Shown: positions 36,966 through 51,519 of the stretch, in pieces
Layout of the letters: each line of letters starts with the position of its first letter
Position numbering within the stretch: the stretch's first letter is position 1
DNA from: Mytilus edulis
Taxonomy: Eukaryota
Length of the DNA: 64,000 nt
Direction of reading: 5' to 3'
Assembly (NCBI RefSeq): GCF_963676685.1
Contig: NC_092347.1
Location: 4,774,001 to 4,838,000, forward strand
The notes under the pieces: generated by a model
Database searches by the model: none
Seen by the model: the letters and a program-made list of their open reading frames with translations, nothing else
What the model was told of the DNA's origin: nothing
Position numbers and translations under genes: made by a program

Positions 36966-39823
36966 ATTTTAGCATGCATTACATATTGTGTCGTTGTTAT
37001 TAAAGTTAGCCAGACATGATAACCATTTGGCTATTGTCGTGGATTTGGATGTATTTTACCCTAGGTGATGTTCACTCCTGGTGGCTACTTTCAGTGTCAG
37101 ATTAACACGACGAAAACCAGGAGCATGTTGCCTATAAGCAGTCATAGATAACAACAAAAAGCATGGTTCGGACCAAAGTCACGAGACAGTGAGATAGCGA
37201 TCCATTATCAAACACGATGTATGTATACAAGGCCTTCGAATGTCTTCGAACATCCATCTACCCAGCCAAACTAGGTTTGAGAGTGCATGCATCTCCGGAT
37301 CGCGAACAGTATACATACAGGTTATTGGCCGTCCCATTAAGGAATACATCAATAACCCAAATATCATTTTCATTGCATGATGATACTTAAACGACTTTCT
37401 TATTTATTTCTGTGTCACATCATGATAAAAAAAGGTTTTAGATTTTCTATTTGATTTTCATTTTTTACTATTCTTGAATATGGCGAATAACACTGTTAAG
37501 ATCTCTGATGGCATGAAAGTTGAGATGTATCTGCTTTCTCATCAAATGAAATTGCAACCGTAGACGCCATCTATATTAAATTTATTAAATAAGTGATACA
37601 ATGTATTCGTCTATTATATAGTTTATACACATTCGTCTCCCCTATTCATTTTTTAAATATATTATCTACTAACAATTCTTATTTAGGCAGACTGAAGTTG
37701 TTAAAAATATGAACATGCTTTGTCAATGATCAACTATGACAAAGTCGCAATTTCTAACTAAAACGTGATTAAAAAAATCCCTTTCACCTGGTCACTTTTC
37801 GGTTTACCGGTGTAGGCCCCTTATGTCACCTGGTCACTATTCTGTTTACCGTTGTAGGCCCCTTATAAGCACACTAATCATTTGAGTTGCCTGTCCCGGT
37901 TTATATCTGCTGTTTTGGTTTTTTAAAATATCTTTAAGTCTGCCGAAATCTGCAAACATGTTTGTAAATTAAAAACAATCGTTTTAAATCATATTAGTCA
38001 CGAGTGGGCCGAGACGCCAAGTCCTTATGACGGGGAAGCCTAAAACAATATTTGCATGCAGTTTTGTAAACTTTTAGTGCCAAGATTAAAATTTCCCCAA
38101 AAGAATGATCAATTAGGAACTTAGTTGATACATTGGCTATTGAATTACCATGGTATTAAATGGATTGGAAATATTTGTATCGGTTCTAAACATAGTTACC
38201 ACTATTACATATTTGTGTGAACAAAACGCTTGTTAACTCAACAAGTTGATTAGAATGCCTTGTTTGGAATTCTCTATGTTCTGTCAATAAAGATCAGGAG
38301 AGGCGAAAAGTATACAGTTGAAGTCATCGATCATAAAATCATCTTCTGTCATAACATAATAGAGAAACTCAGATTACATCACTATGCTTGGATGAATAGT
38401 CTAATCTTTTTTTATTTTTAAATTGTTTCAATATATCATAATAAATGACGTGACATTTTAGAACTAATTTTGGAAAGAAAACGAATTTCTGAAGTTTAAT
38501 TGATATGATATACGTCAAGTTTATATGAATTCGATTTCAGACAGTACATCAATCAGACCGTTAGTTTTCTCGTTTGAAATGTTTTACTTTTATAGCTTGC
38601 TATGCGGTAAAGGTTTTGCACACCGTTGAAGGTCGTACTATGACTTTTAATTGTAAACTTCTACTTCATGTGTTGGTATCTTATGGAGAGAGCTAGGTCT
38701 CATTGGCAGTCGTACATTATCTTTTTATTTTTATATTGTAGGAACTCAAAAGTTATTAAAGTCATATGATATTCAAATTAAAAACAATTTGAATATGCTT
38801 CTAATTGCTTACATAACTTAGTTTCAATTTTAAAAACGTGACTTTCTTTTAAAAGCCAATACTTTTAATTCATCAAAATATTTAGAAATGTACTTCCATT
38901 GAATTATTTCTTCCCAACCCCGTATTCACTGGTAGCTTATCCATATTCCGTGAGCTTAACCTCAAGACTTCTCGTTCGTTGCACAGTGCAATTGTGAAGG
39001 AAACCCCTAATTTAGATAATGTTAATTAATTCTGAAAGACATATTTTAATACACCCAAATTATTAAACAACTGTAATGACAAAATTAAATTTACAAAAAG
39101 AAACTCATGGAAAATGCATGTATCAACAACATTAAGCATCGCTCTTTTCATGTCTATCATCTCGGCTATTTATCACGTGCACCATGATTCTGTGTTGATT
39201 GGTTGTTGAAAGTCGGCAATAAAATGCGAAAGTTTTCAATGAACGAATGTTTTTTTTCTTCGATATAAATATGTGAAAAAAATAATGAAATCGTGCATAG
39301 AGGACTTAGTATAGAATATATATACATGTATTAATTTATCAATTTCCGAAACATTATAAATTCACATTTTTTTTAATCAAATAATGTTTGTAATGTATAA
39401 CGAAGTTTTTTTCAAGCGACATCACAATTAATAAATCTTTCATTTTTGCCATATGATTTATAAATAAATGTTCCTGTAAAATCAATACACATAGTCCAAC
39501 AGTTTTATCAACCCTTTTTGTTAGATTTATACAAGGATAATTCCAGTTTCACTGTTATTCTGTGAAGTGATTAGAAGTCTAAATGCAATCCATATTAAAA
39601 TTCTGCATGTCAGTGCCAGCTGCTTCACTACAAATAAAAGTCCCAAAGGGATACATTAAACACGAACTTAAGCAATCGCTTTCTTGTAAGGTGATTATGC
39701 TAATGAGATAGACTTTGATATAGGAAATTTGATACGTAGCTTAACTTAGGAAATCAAAGCTTGAACAAAAAAAAACCCTGATTTTTTAAGTGGGTGGTAT
39801 ATAGTGACGGGAAAGCCGGTCTG

Positions 39824-39978
39824 TACGGAAGTCCATAGGGGACCTACAAAAAAATGATATTGTTATTACGAAATAAATATATCGAAATAACGATCTAATT
39901 ATATTGAAATAACGATATATATATATCGAGATAACGATATAATATTATTTTTTTGTAGGTCCCCTATGGGCTTCAGTG
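39824..39978. mobile_element. IS3EU-like MITE with perfect 6-bp TSD
   Basis: TIR tacggaagtccataggggacctacaaaaaaa / tttttttgtaggtcccctatgggcttcagtg. TSD ggtctg at 39818-39823 and 39979-39984. Confidence 0.8.
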
Positions 39979-40425
39979 GGTCTGTCCAACTTGGCCAGTT
40001 TGACAGAATTTTGAGAAACATTGACGGAATCTTACAAACATGATGTTCCTATGCATCTTATATATTATGTCTGCATCTAACACGACAAGGACGAAGTCTT
40101 AGTCAAACTAATGTACACATTTGTATCCGATCCACTTCTATGTGAATGAAACTTTTAAGATCTTTTACCACATACTACCATTGGATACCTGCTTATATGT
40201 TATTTTTCCGAATATATTTTTACTTATAAACGGACATAACAGCTCCTGCTGAACCTCTCATCATCATTTATTGACAATGATTGAAACTTCCTAGCATATA
40301 TTAATATATTTTGTTGTGACATTGTGGACCACCTATTTTTTTTTTTTTTAATGTTAGTAAATTATGTTTTAGAATTTTCGGAGTATTTCAAAGACATAAC
40401 CATTGCTTTATTATGGCGTGGGTTA

Positions 40426-40547
40426 TAGTTTTGTGAGCTTTGTCACCTTATATCAAATGTAAGTAGTTTTGTGAGCTTTGTCACCTTATATCAAATGTAA
40501 GTAGTTTTGTGAGCTTTGTCACCTTATATCAAATATTAAGTAGTTTT
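40426..40547. repeat. 38-bp tandem repeat, 3 copies
   Basis: Unit tagttttgtgagctttgtcaccttatatcaaatgtaag. Confidence 0.9.
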
Positions 40548-41914
40548 CTGTAAATATCTGTTTTTATACAGCATCGTTTTAAATACATGTTATACAATAT
40601 TGAAAAGCAACATCATAAATTCGTATTAATACAATCTGTATTTGAATTATATATATATGTTATCATAGTAACTAAATGTAATCAGGAACGATTGATGTTT
40701 GGACAGTTCAATGTGTACTATGTTATGGGGGACAGGAAACACAGTAAGTTTTAATCGTTCCGATGAAGTCGTCTTTGTATAAAGAAGTGTGAACTGTTGT
40801 CTTAATATCAACCATAAACCAAAAGACAAATAAAAAATCATATTTAAAAGGACACAATTCATTCATTCAAAAAAAAAAAAGGAAAAAATATAAACCAAAA
40901 AATTGTAGATTAATAATATTCTGCTGATAGAAAGTTTCAAATCATTATCAAAAGAGAAATAACTCGATAGTTTTACAATTCTCGACTTGAGCTATATCGT
41001 CAAACTATTATAGGCATTTCACAAAATTGATTGTGTATAAATTTATTTATCACTGATTTTTCGATTAAGTAGGTTAACTGCAAATGATTCAAAAACATAG
41101 AAATCATATTTTTTTTTTTATTAAAAATTACCCTGGGAAAAGTATATCCAACAGTCTATATATATATTGTTTTTCTGAAGAGGGGCATATAAACAAAGTC
41201 AACCGTATTATCAAAAATAAGCGGCTGCTCGATGAGGGGGATATTGTTTCCATTCATATGTCATCTCTCCAAAAATAACTAGCTGCTGCACATTCAGAAA
41301 AGAAAATACTTCAATAATTATTACATCAAATATATGATTATGGAGCACAGTAACTTAAAACATTAAGCATATCATGGATATTAGCATTTTTGTAGAGGTC
41401 CTGAAATCCGAAATGATGGAGATCCTGAAATATTCTAGGGATGCTCAGTGATTTATAGATACCGTAAATTCGCATTATAGAGTTATTGACATATTTCAGG
41501 AGCTCCTAATATACAAAACTTTTGACTTAATATGTACCTAATAGAAACAAATTGTTGAAAAAGACACGAGTCTTGGCTGTATGAAATTAAGATATACTAG
41601 TAATGAATCAAATGTTAATATTTGAATGGAATAACTTGAACATTTGAACTATGAAATACGTTCAAAGTAATGGATCATTACTGAGGAGTGGGGATAATAA
41701 TCTCAACTGATATCTGATTTGTTAATTCTTGTTCAACTGAAAACCCTTTATGAGTAGTTCCCCTGAACGTGACTAAGTATCAAACTTATGTACTTTGCAA
41801 AGTTTTCAAGTCAATTGACCAAGACTGAGGGGGTGGATCGCTATGGAAATAAGATATGCCAAAGCATACAATCTGTACATCAAATAATGACTTTCCATTA
41901 GAGGTTTTCTTTAT

Positions 41915-44390
41915 ACTGACCTTATCACAAAATTTATCAATAACTCACCATTAATGGTTCCCCTCAAACTGACATAATCACAAACTTTATCAATGACTCA
42001 CCAATAATGGTTCTCCCCAAACTGACAAAATCACAAACTGTATCAATGACTCATCATTAATGGTTCCCCTCACACTGACATTAACACAAACTATATCAGT
42101 AACTCACCATTAATGGTTCCCCTCAAACTGACATAATCAGACACTTTATCAATAATAACTCACCAATAATGGTTCCCCTCAAACTGCCATAAACACAAAC
42201 TATATATATATCAATGACTCACCAATATGGTGTCCCTCAAACAGACATAACCAAACTTTTTTTCAATGATTCACCATTAATGGTTCCCTCAAACTGACAT
42301 AATCATAAATTATATCATTGACTAACTATTAATGGTTCCCCTCAAACTCAAACTGGCTTTATCAATGAAACACCATTTATGGTTTCCCTCAAACTGACAT
42401 AATCACAAACTTTATCAATGACTCACCATCTATGGTTCCCCTCAAACAATTTACCAATGACTCACCATTAATGGTTCCCCTCAAACTCAAACTGACATAA
42501 TCACAAGCTTTATCAATGAAACACCATTTATGGTTCCCACAAACTGACATAATTACGAACTTTATCAATGACTCACCGTTAGTGGTTCCCTCCAACTGAC
42601 ATAATCACAAATGTTATCAATAACTAACCATCAATTGTTCCCCTCAAACTGACAGAATCCATACTTAATCAATGACTCGCCATTAGTGGTTCCCTACAAT
42701 CTGACATAATCACAAATGTTATCAATAACTAACCATCAATTGTTCCCCTCACACTGACATAATCACAAATTTTATCAATAACTAACCATCAATTGTTCCC
42801 CTCAAACTGACAGAATCCATACTTAATCAATGACTCGCCATTAGTGGTTCCCTACAATCTGACATAATCACAATTATATCAATGACTCTCCATTAATGGT
42901 TTCCCTTAAAACTGACATAACCATAAACTTTATCAATGACTCACCATTAATTGTTCCCCTCAAACTGACATAATCACAAACTTTATCAATGACTCATCAC
43001 TAATGATTCCCCAAAAACTGACATAATCACAAACTTTATCAAATGACTCACCATTAATGGTTCCCCTCAAACTGACATAATCACAAACTTTATCAATGAA
43101 ACACCATTTATGGTTCCCCACAAACTGACATACTCACAAATTTAATAAATGAAACGCTATTTATGGTTTTCAACAAACTGACATAATCACAAACTTTATC
43201 AAATGACTCACCATTAATGGTTCCCCTCAAACTGACATAATCACAAAGTTTATCAATGAAACACCATTTATGGTTTCCCTCAAACTGACATAATCACAAA
43301 GTTTATCAATGAAACACCATTTATGGTTCCCTACAAACTGACATAATCACAAAGTTTATCAATGAAACACCATTTATGGTTCCCCACAAACTGACAATCA
43401 CAAACTTTATCATTGACTCACCATTAATGCCCCCCTTCCAAATGACATAATCACAAACTTTATCAATGACTCACCATTAATGGTTCCTAACAAACTGACA
43501 TAATCACAAACTTTATCAATAACTATCCATTAATGGTTCCCCCCAAACTAACAAAATCACAAATTTTATCCATGAAACACCATTTATGGTTCCCCTTAAA
43601 CTGACCTACTCACAAGCATTATCAATGACTCACCATTAGTGGTTCATCACAAACTTTATCATTGACTCACCATTAATGGTCCTCCCCCAAAAAAAATTGA
43701 CATAATCCCAAGCTTTATCAATGAAACACCATTTATGGTTCCCATCTAACTGACATAATCACAAACTTTATCAATGACTCACCATTAATGGTTCCCAACA
43801 AACTGACAGTGACAAGCTTTATCAAATGACTCGCCATTAATGGTTCCCCTCAAACTGACATAATCACAAACTTTATCAATGACTCACCATTAATGGTTCC
43901 TAACAAACTGACATAATCACAAACTTTATCAATAACTATCCATTAATGGTTCCCCCCAAACTAACAAAATCACAAATTTTATCCATGAAACACCATTTAT
44001 GGTTCCCCTTAAACTGACCTACTCACAAGCATTATCAATGACTCACCATTAGTGGTTCATCACAAACTTTATCATTGACTCACCATTAATGGTCCTCCCC
44101 CAAAAAAAATTGACATAATCCCAAGCTTTATCAATGAAACACCATTTATGGTTCCCATCTAACTGACATAATCACAAACTTTATCAATGACTCACCATTA
44201 ATGGTTCCCAACAAACTGACAGTGACAAGCTTTATCAAATGACTCGCCATTAATGGTTCCCCTCAAACTGACATAATCACAAACTTTATCAATGACTCAC
44301 CATTAGTGGTTCCCTGCAAATTGACATAATCACTAGTTTTATCAATGACTCACCATTAATGGTTCCCCTCAAACTGACATAATTACAAAC
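41915..44390. repeat. 53-bp minisatellite (aaactgacataatcacaaactttatcaatgactcaccattaatggttcccctc) with higher-order duplications
   Basis: About 46 diverged copies. Diagnostic variants recur at 413-bp (43521/43934) and 158-bp (42653/42811) offsets. Confidence 0.92.
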
Positions 44391-44752
44391 TAAACAATTA
44401 TTGATGATGAAGTTGGCAGAAACAACATGTCAAAGTTTTTCTTATGTGACTTTATAGATGGTGCTCAAGACAATTAAAGGAGACATAAACACATGACAAA
44501 TTATGAAAAAGCACACATTAGTAGTGGTTTATAGATCATATTTACATTTGATTTCCTTACTCAAACCACATTATTCTAATGAATATCTGTTATTTTTAAA
44601 TATAAAACAAAACATATTAGCCCAAGAGCCTTGGCTCACAGTAGCTTGAACATATTAGTATAAATCTTAAGATTGCTTGATGGTCAGCTTTTCAATAAAA
44701 CCCTAATGTAATAAAAATAAGCTAAAATCATAAAAATAATGTAACAATTTTA

Positions 44753-44869
44753 TTATCCTTCTCCTAAAATATCAAACTGGTATATAGTTATTCTACCAAA
44801 GAAATCTGTGCTATTGTTGAATATCACTTTTATTTTCTTCACATGATGAGGTTTATCTAGTTTAAAGCT
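44753..44869 (-). CDS. NR2C2AP: NR2C2AP (nuclear receptor 2C2-associated protein) coding exon 4 (last)
   Basis: SFKLDKPHHVKKIKVIFNNSTDFFGRITIYQFDILGEG*. TDFFGR is the recognisable C-terminal motif. Preceded by a U12 branch site and an AC acceptor. Confidence 0.9.
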   Translation of the reverse strand, partial: SFKLDKPHHVKKIKVIFNNSTDFFGRITIYQFDILGEG

Positions 44870-45162
44870 GTGCAAGTAGTTAAGGTAAAATTATAATCAA
44901 ATTCAAATAATATAAATCAGAGTATGTGGAAATCTATCTAGATATTTAATAAATTATAAAATACCTCCACAAAACACCTTTGATGCATAGAAAAACCATA
45001 TAAATTTAATTGTGTGCAATCAACCAGCTAACATATGACAAAGACATTTGTATTATCTTCTTTGCAGCAAGCTGGAAAAAAAAGTAGGAGCACTTTGGGC
45101 CTGTGTGTATAAATAAAAACGCTATCTTCATGAATTTAGATGATAAAGAAATAGTTTTTATC

Positions 45163-45733
45163 TTACCTCCTATACATTTCTACGAATATGATTGGTTAAA
45201 AGCGTCCGCGTGCAAACCGTGTATATTTGATATTAGGTAAGTAGGGAGGCGGGGCTTATTTCATACACGGTTAAGAGTGGAGTTACGTCCCTTTATATAC
45301 CATATTAGGTAAGAAGGGAGGTGGGGCTTATTTCATACACGGTTAGTAATGGTGTTACGTCCCTTTATAAAAACAAAACGGTACTGAGAAAAAATCTTAA
45401 AGGTTTCAACAAACGAAGAAATTGATGATTACGATGGAAATAAATTCATAAAACACATTTAAACCTAACAAGTTGTTCTTGTTGGCATCTGTTTTTGTAG
45501 GGTCAATGGAAGTAGTTTCTTAATGCTAACAATATCGAAGACTTGCTTATTTAAATAGGTCACTAGTCTAAATTCCACACGTTAAGATAGTCGGTAAGAT
45601 AAATTTGTTACATACATGTAGTGTGCTAGTGACGTAATATGGTATATATGGGGATTGGAGCTTCGCTCTCACCCCTTATGGAATTTACTGACCCCATATA
45701 TACCGTATTAGGTCACTAGCACACTATGTAACT
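45163..45733. mobile_element. Non-autonomous element with internal palindrome (class uncertain)
   Basis: Inverted repeat tagtgtgctagtgacgtaatatggtatatatgggg / ccccatatataccgtattaggtcactagcacacta at ~45619-45726. Internal ~72-bp duplication at 45230-45370. Confidence 0.5.
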
Positions 45734-46621
45734 AATAGTGTTGGGCACTGTTTTTGAGGGAGAGGAAGAATTTAGTGGGGAAGACTGTAGTCTGCTGGCA
45801 ATATACATGATAAATGTCATATGATTGAAAACCAGAAAATAATAAAAATTTTGTTCTATTTTTTCCTTCTTACATTTTTCTTTAAAGGTGTTATTTAATC
45901 AAAGTGATGGAAATCACTCATGGAAAGATTAGAAGAGTAGTTTGAATAATTTCATATTAAGGTATGGTGGGGAAAAATGAACATTAATAAAGCACTATTG
46001 TTGAAAATTGCATTAACACCAGGTCTTTAGAAGGAAACATACTTTTCCAGTATTAGGATAAAATGAGCTCAAATTAAAAAATATGGGTCTCTTAATTTGC
46101 ACAATTTTATTTAAACTGCAGTTTGTATCTTATTAAAAAAATGTTGCCTATTCTGAACATGTTTCAAAAATACAAAAAATTGCAAATCAAAAATTCTTCT
46201 ATTAAATGTTACCAACTATCCTTGTCAGACATAAAATCTAGATCAACAGCTAAGAACTTTAAAGTGTCATGATCAACAATAATCTAAACATGTTGTTTTG
46301 GGGCATTTTGTAAGTTAAAACAGAGGTTATATGACATTGAAGATTAAAAGTTGTAGATGACTAATGACTAAAATAGACATAATGATTGATGGGGAATAAA
46401 CTAATAAACAATGGTTTGTTATAATTCAAAGTTTTAAAATTTAAAAATGTTTCAAGCCAATTCCTGATAAAAAAAGTGAACTAATCTAAATTGTTGATTA
46501 ATTACAGATGATTATTGGAAATTTATCAAGTAAATTATAGGCCTTACTTGAATACCTTTTATATATTCATATTTATTTTCATGTTTTTTAGTCTTTTTTT
46601 TAAATCTTGTTAATCCATTAA

Positions 46622-46918
46622 CCCTTTACTCCATGGATATTTTATTTTTAAATACTTGATTCGCATAAGTTTTTTTTCAGTAAAAATAATCATCAGGTTT
46701 AAAGTGTTAATGCATTGTGAAAACTAATATTTCATCAATGAAATTCAAATCAGATATTCTCATGAATCTCCTTTCCATATTGGATACAATTTTTTTTTAA
46801 GTCTGATGCAGACATTTTGGAGACAAAGCATTTCAACTGAGGTACTACACAGGCATCAAAAGGCCTCATTATGGAGTAAAGGGGGTGGCGTCAAAAGGCG
46901 TCATTATGAAGGAAAGGG
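46622..46918. mobile_element. piggyBac-like MITE
   Basis: TTAA on both sides (46618-46621 and 46919-46922) and CCCTTT...AAAGGG termini. The right end is tandemly duplicated; the inner copy atggagtaaaggg matches the left TIR perfectly. Confidence 0.75.
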
Positions 46919-48024
46919 TTAATCATTTATCTTTCAGATATGATTTACAGAATCACTATGTAATGTAGATCAAAAGTAATAGGCAATAAATAAATCTATC
47001 ATCATTATATATCAAGCATCTAATATATACATTTGTGTATTAAATTATGAGGTAAAATATTTGTATATTAAGATGTGTGCAGGGTCTGTATAATTATGTA
47101 AGACTGAGGTTAATAAGTAATGTGGTCAATTTGATTGACAGTTTAGGAGGTGGGGCATTGTAATTAAAGGTCTACCTTGTCTCTGATTGTTTAGTGATAA
47201 TGACAGTTGTCAATCATACTAGTATTGTATAAATACCCATTTACCTAATCAAAATGTTTAAAAAAAAGCCTGCACATCAACACACCTTAATGACATACAT
47301 TTTTGAATGAACTGCTCCAATAATATACCCATTTTTCAGTTTATATGTGTATTATGTGCACATACATGAGAACCATAGGGAACTATATTTCAGTGTGAAT
47401 ACATTTAGTAACAGTAGCTAACCCGTCGTGTTGTTAGGGAGGTTGGTGCCTTAGTAAAGATTTAGAACAAGTTCTATTCTTTCCAAAAATCGAGGTGGGT
47501 GCTTTTTATCCCCAAGGTGCTTTATTTCGACAAAGATTTATATTTCTCAATCCACAAAACAAAACTTTTCTATAATTTTTCACTTTATAGATACGTTTAT
47601 TGTTATCTTCGCCTTTGACCTGCTGATCCTAAATCAATTGGGATCTTGCTCTTTCAAATTAGCATTCTAAAATTAAGTAAAGTGATTATTTGACACATGG
47701 CTAAACAAAAATCATCTGGAAACCAAATTTGTTTCAATTTCAGTTTATAAATTGAAGCTGTGACATAGATAAAAAAAATGGGGTGTTCCTATCCCAGGGG
47801 GCATCAACAAACTAACTAAATGCTAAATTTAAGACATATAGTGCACTATATAGCATCCCAAAACTAAAATTTTGCAAAGGTGGATCAGGGAGGGGTGCTG
47901 GGGGTGCAGGCAACTCCCTTTTGTGGGAAAAATTATTTAACATTAGGTAGATTGTGCATGGTGGGATGGCAGGGTTGACATATGGATTGTCACTTGAGAA
48001 TTTATAATATAACAAAAAGGATAT

Positions 48025-48189
48025 TTGTAATGAGTTGACATCATCTGGATAAAATTCTATTATTTTTTCTGATGTGTCTAATCTTTCTGCCCAACATTCT
48101 CGCCCAGCAAAACCTCCTTGAAATTTAATTCTGATTTCTGTAATAAGTTCTTCTTCATCAAACTCAACTGCTATCCACTGTGGTGATCC
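48025..48189 (-). CDS. NR2C2AP: NR2C2AP coding exon 3
   Basis: GSPQWIAVEF...IRIKFQGGFAGREC...EFYPDDVNSLQ with a ttcag acceptor. FQGGF and FYPxDxNSLQ motifs. Confidence 0.92.
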
Positions 48190-48652
48190 CTGAATATACA
48201 AGTTAAATTACATAAATGTATAATACACATTAAATTACATAAATATGTTATTAACAGATAGAGCTATAATCATGATAAAAATAAACATGATAAATGATCA
48301 CTGAAAAATTACATAAAAATAAGGTATTACAATTGTAAACTAATATTTAAATATATCCTTAAGGAAAAAAGGCATTCCAACAAGTACTTTTTCATTTAAA
48401 TTATTTCTAACTCAACTACCTTAAAGAACTTGTCTGAATGTTTTCCTTCATTTCACAGCGGTTATCCTTTGATTATTGTGTTCTATTATTGTCACTATTT
48501 AATGTTGTTTCTTAAAATTAATAATTTATTGGTACAATTTTAGATTTATTCTCCAATGAACCAACAATTCAAAACCTTTTCAAACTTGATAGAACAGATG
48601 ATTTTAGGGATCTTACTGAACTTAAAAGGAATGAATACATCTTCAACTTCTA

Positions 48653-49100
48653 TAAAAGAGGGACAAAAGATACCAAAGGGACAGTCAAACATATAAATCG
48701 AAAATAAACTGACAACGCCAGGGCTAAAAATGAAAAAGACAAACAGACAAACAATAGTACACATGACACAACATAGAAAACCAAAGAATAAACAACAGGA
48801 ACCCCACCAAAAACTAGGGGTGATCTCAAGTGATTTATTTAAACATAATCATGCATTTGAATATTTTTTTTAAAGCATTACTGTAAAAGTTATTGTTTGT
48901 TGTAATTAGATAACAGAAAATTGACCATTTTCATAAAAGTGGGACGAAAGATACCAAAGGGACAGTCCAACTCATATATCGAAAATAAACTGACAACGCC
49001 ATGGCTAAAAATGAAAAGGACAAACAGACAAACAATAGTAAACATGACACAACATATAAAACTAAAGAATATACAACACGAACCCCACCAAAAACTAGGG
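48653..49100 (-). mobile_element. Two adjacent copies of dispersed repeat family B (48653-48830, 48934-49100)
   Basis: Both copies share aaagataccaaagggacagtc...aaactgacaacgcca...aaccccaccaaaaactaggggt. Confidence 0.75.
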
Positions 49101-49555
49101 GTTTTAGTGCTACTCAAGATGGTTTCCTATGATTCATGATTTATCAATTTATCCCTATAGAAATCATATACATGTATGTTCTTTTATTTTCTTATTTAAC
49201 TATAAGTATACTGCATGCCCTAATCATTTAATTGAAATGTGTAAGGGCTAATAAATATTGTCCATTGTCTATTTAAAAATAATTTAGACTTGCAATTTAC
49301 CTCACCAGTTTAAACTTAACTTGGTTCAAAACAAAGCTGTGCGGTTAAGAAATTTTAAAATTTACATATCGTTTTGGGATAGTCAAGTCCAAATAATACA
49401 AAAACTACAAATTTATATGCCATGTTAAACTGAAGTGCAGTATAGGTTTTGCCAATCGTTGTAGGCTGAATAGTGACCTATAACTGCTTACTTTTACATT
49501 TTTTTCTAATATTGTTACAAAAAATTATGAAATCATATCAGCTTTTCTAAGCATT

Positions 49556-49742
49556 AGATAAAATACAAAGGTAACAAAGAAACAGGCCGGTAACAACGGT
49601 TGCCGGATAGTTTTTCTGCACGAGTAGTCAGGTCAAGGTCCGAGGCAATAGCAGAGGACCTTGACCTGACTACAAGTGCAGAAAAACTATTCGGCTGGTT
49701 GTAACCGGCCTGTTTCTTTTGTTTCTTTTGTTTTTTTTATCT
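49556..49742. mobile_element. Long palindromic (hairpin) non-autonomous element
   Basis: Imperfect ~85-bp arms (…tagtttttctgcacgagtagtcaggtcaaggtcc / ggaccttgacctgactacaagtgcagaaaaacta…) around a short loop. Confidence 0.7.
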
Positions 49743-50214
49743 GACTTGTACAACGTTTCAAGAAAGTAATAAAACTTTTAGCAAAACTAAACATTTGAAA
49801 AACTTAGATAGCCATAAAGCAGTAAATGCAAGTTATAGTATAAACACATTTTTTTTTTCATTTCCCTTCAACCGAGATTTTTTTTCAAGAAAAAAAAATC
49901 AGGAATCTAATAATTTTATAAAAAAAAAGAACCATTTCAAGTAAAAGATAAATGTTGTACGTATTTAAGACTTTCTAAAATGCAACATCGTAAAAAAGTA
50001 ATATATTAAAGAAATATTTTAGTGGTAAGTAAGATAACGTTTGATTTTTATGAATGAAACGGAAAGCGGAGAGAGGGAGGTCTAATTCATTTTAAAATAA
50101 ACAGGCTGTGATCTTAATTTTTGATGAAAAAATGTAGGATGTGCCATTCGGTCCCCCCATAAAAAAAATCGTAAAAATCGTGTGTTGGTTGCCAAATACA
50201 TGAATTTAATATTC

Positions 50215-50333
50215 AGTGGTGGGGGTCGCAGGGGTTGGAACAACCCTTTTTTTGACGATCAATGCATTTAAATGGGGACATAAAGTTGGACCCCCCCTGT
50301 TTTGTTCTGGATTTGGACCTGGATCCGCCACTG
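50215..50333. mobile_element. Deleted copy of the CAGTGGCGGATCC MITE family
   Basis: Ends ctggatccgccactg. Internal gatcaatgcattt matches 57686-57854. Confidence 0.65.
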
Positions 50334-51428
50334 ATATAAATTGGATAACAATATAAATGTATCAAAAGAATGAATTTCCTACTTCATTAGTGAATGTAAT
50401 GTTTATGAAAAAATGGATGTTGTCTTAATATTATATATATTCAGGCATATACTTTGATTTTTTTTAAAATTCATGCTCGTCTCTAGATCTGCAAGTGTTG
50501 ATCGGGATTAAACACGTGTTAATATATGATCCAATCGCAGCTTACCACCCTAAATTGAAGACATAAGTTGAATGATTTTCTTCTAGATTTGCTACTTATT
50601 TGGATGTGTGTTACATGAACACTTTTTGTTTATAGGATCCATAGTGCATTGGTGAGTTGATAGGGATTTTATCTTTTGATATTAGATTTGATTTTTATTT
50701 ACCTATATTCTGTCTTATTCTTATTTATATATACACGTCAGTATCATCATTTCTTTACTTTCAGCATTGTCCAAAATACTATTCATATCCATATATTGAA
50801 GAAAACATTTATTGACTGAATATTTTGCTTCAGAAAAGGGGCGGTATGTTCTTTTTTGAGTATATTAACTATTTTCTTTTCACACCATCACCCAAATGTT
50901 AAATTAGCACTATTAGCGGTATACGGAAAATCAGGAATCATGCAAAACATTAATTTGTCATCTGCTTGACCATAATAATTTTTTTCTCATAAAATTTGGG
51001 ATCAAAATATCTATTTTAGGAGAAAACCATACCCCCCCCTCTTTTTTGAAGTTAAATGTCTAATCCCTTAGTGTACTGATATGAATAGTATTTAACTGGA
51101 ACTGTTTGAAAAAAGATATTGATGCTAATGTAAATATTTTGTTCAATAAAAAGACAGGAAATAAGTTGGTGAACCAAAAAGTTCAAATCTAATTGAAAGT
51201 TAAAGTGCCCATGAACTTACTGCTGATCATGCACGAGTCGTACAAATAAATAATAGCCCATTTTGATCAATCAGAAATTAAAAAATATAAGTATAACCCA
51301 GACATAAAGAAGTGAGGTACATGAATAAGTACACATTATTAATGTGCCTAAAATTAAAATGATACCAATGTAAACATGAATCTGACTATATTATAAACTT
51401 CTTTCATGTCTACTTTATAAACTTGTAC

Positions 51429-51519
51429 CTGATCTGAATTCCAACATGTATCATCCTCTTCATCTACTAAATACTTTTTACCAAACTGTTTAGTATCCCT
51501 GTTTAGAACTGAACTCACT
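51429..51519 (-). CDS. NR2C2AP: NR2C2AP coding exon 2
   Basis: (R)VSSVLNRDTKQFGKKYLVDEEDDTCWNSDQ, bounded by AG and GT; phase 2 in, phase 0 out. Confidence 0.93.

Larger units (their letters stand above)
44870..48024 (-). other. NR2C2AP: U12-type (minor spliceosome) AT-AC intron of NR2C2AP
   Basis: 5' site ATATCCTTTT starts at 48024. Branch site TTTTACCTTAAC at 44890-44879. 3' AC at 44871-44870. Only this junction keeps the frame. Confidence 0.9.

Noticed and set aside
47812-48201. 129-aa single-exon ORF
   Set aside because: Only 48025-48189 is exon. The remainder is read-through into the U12 intron and a repeat remnant.
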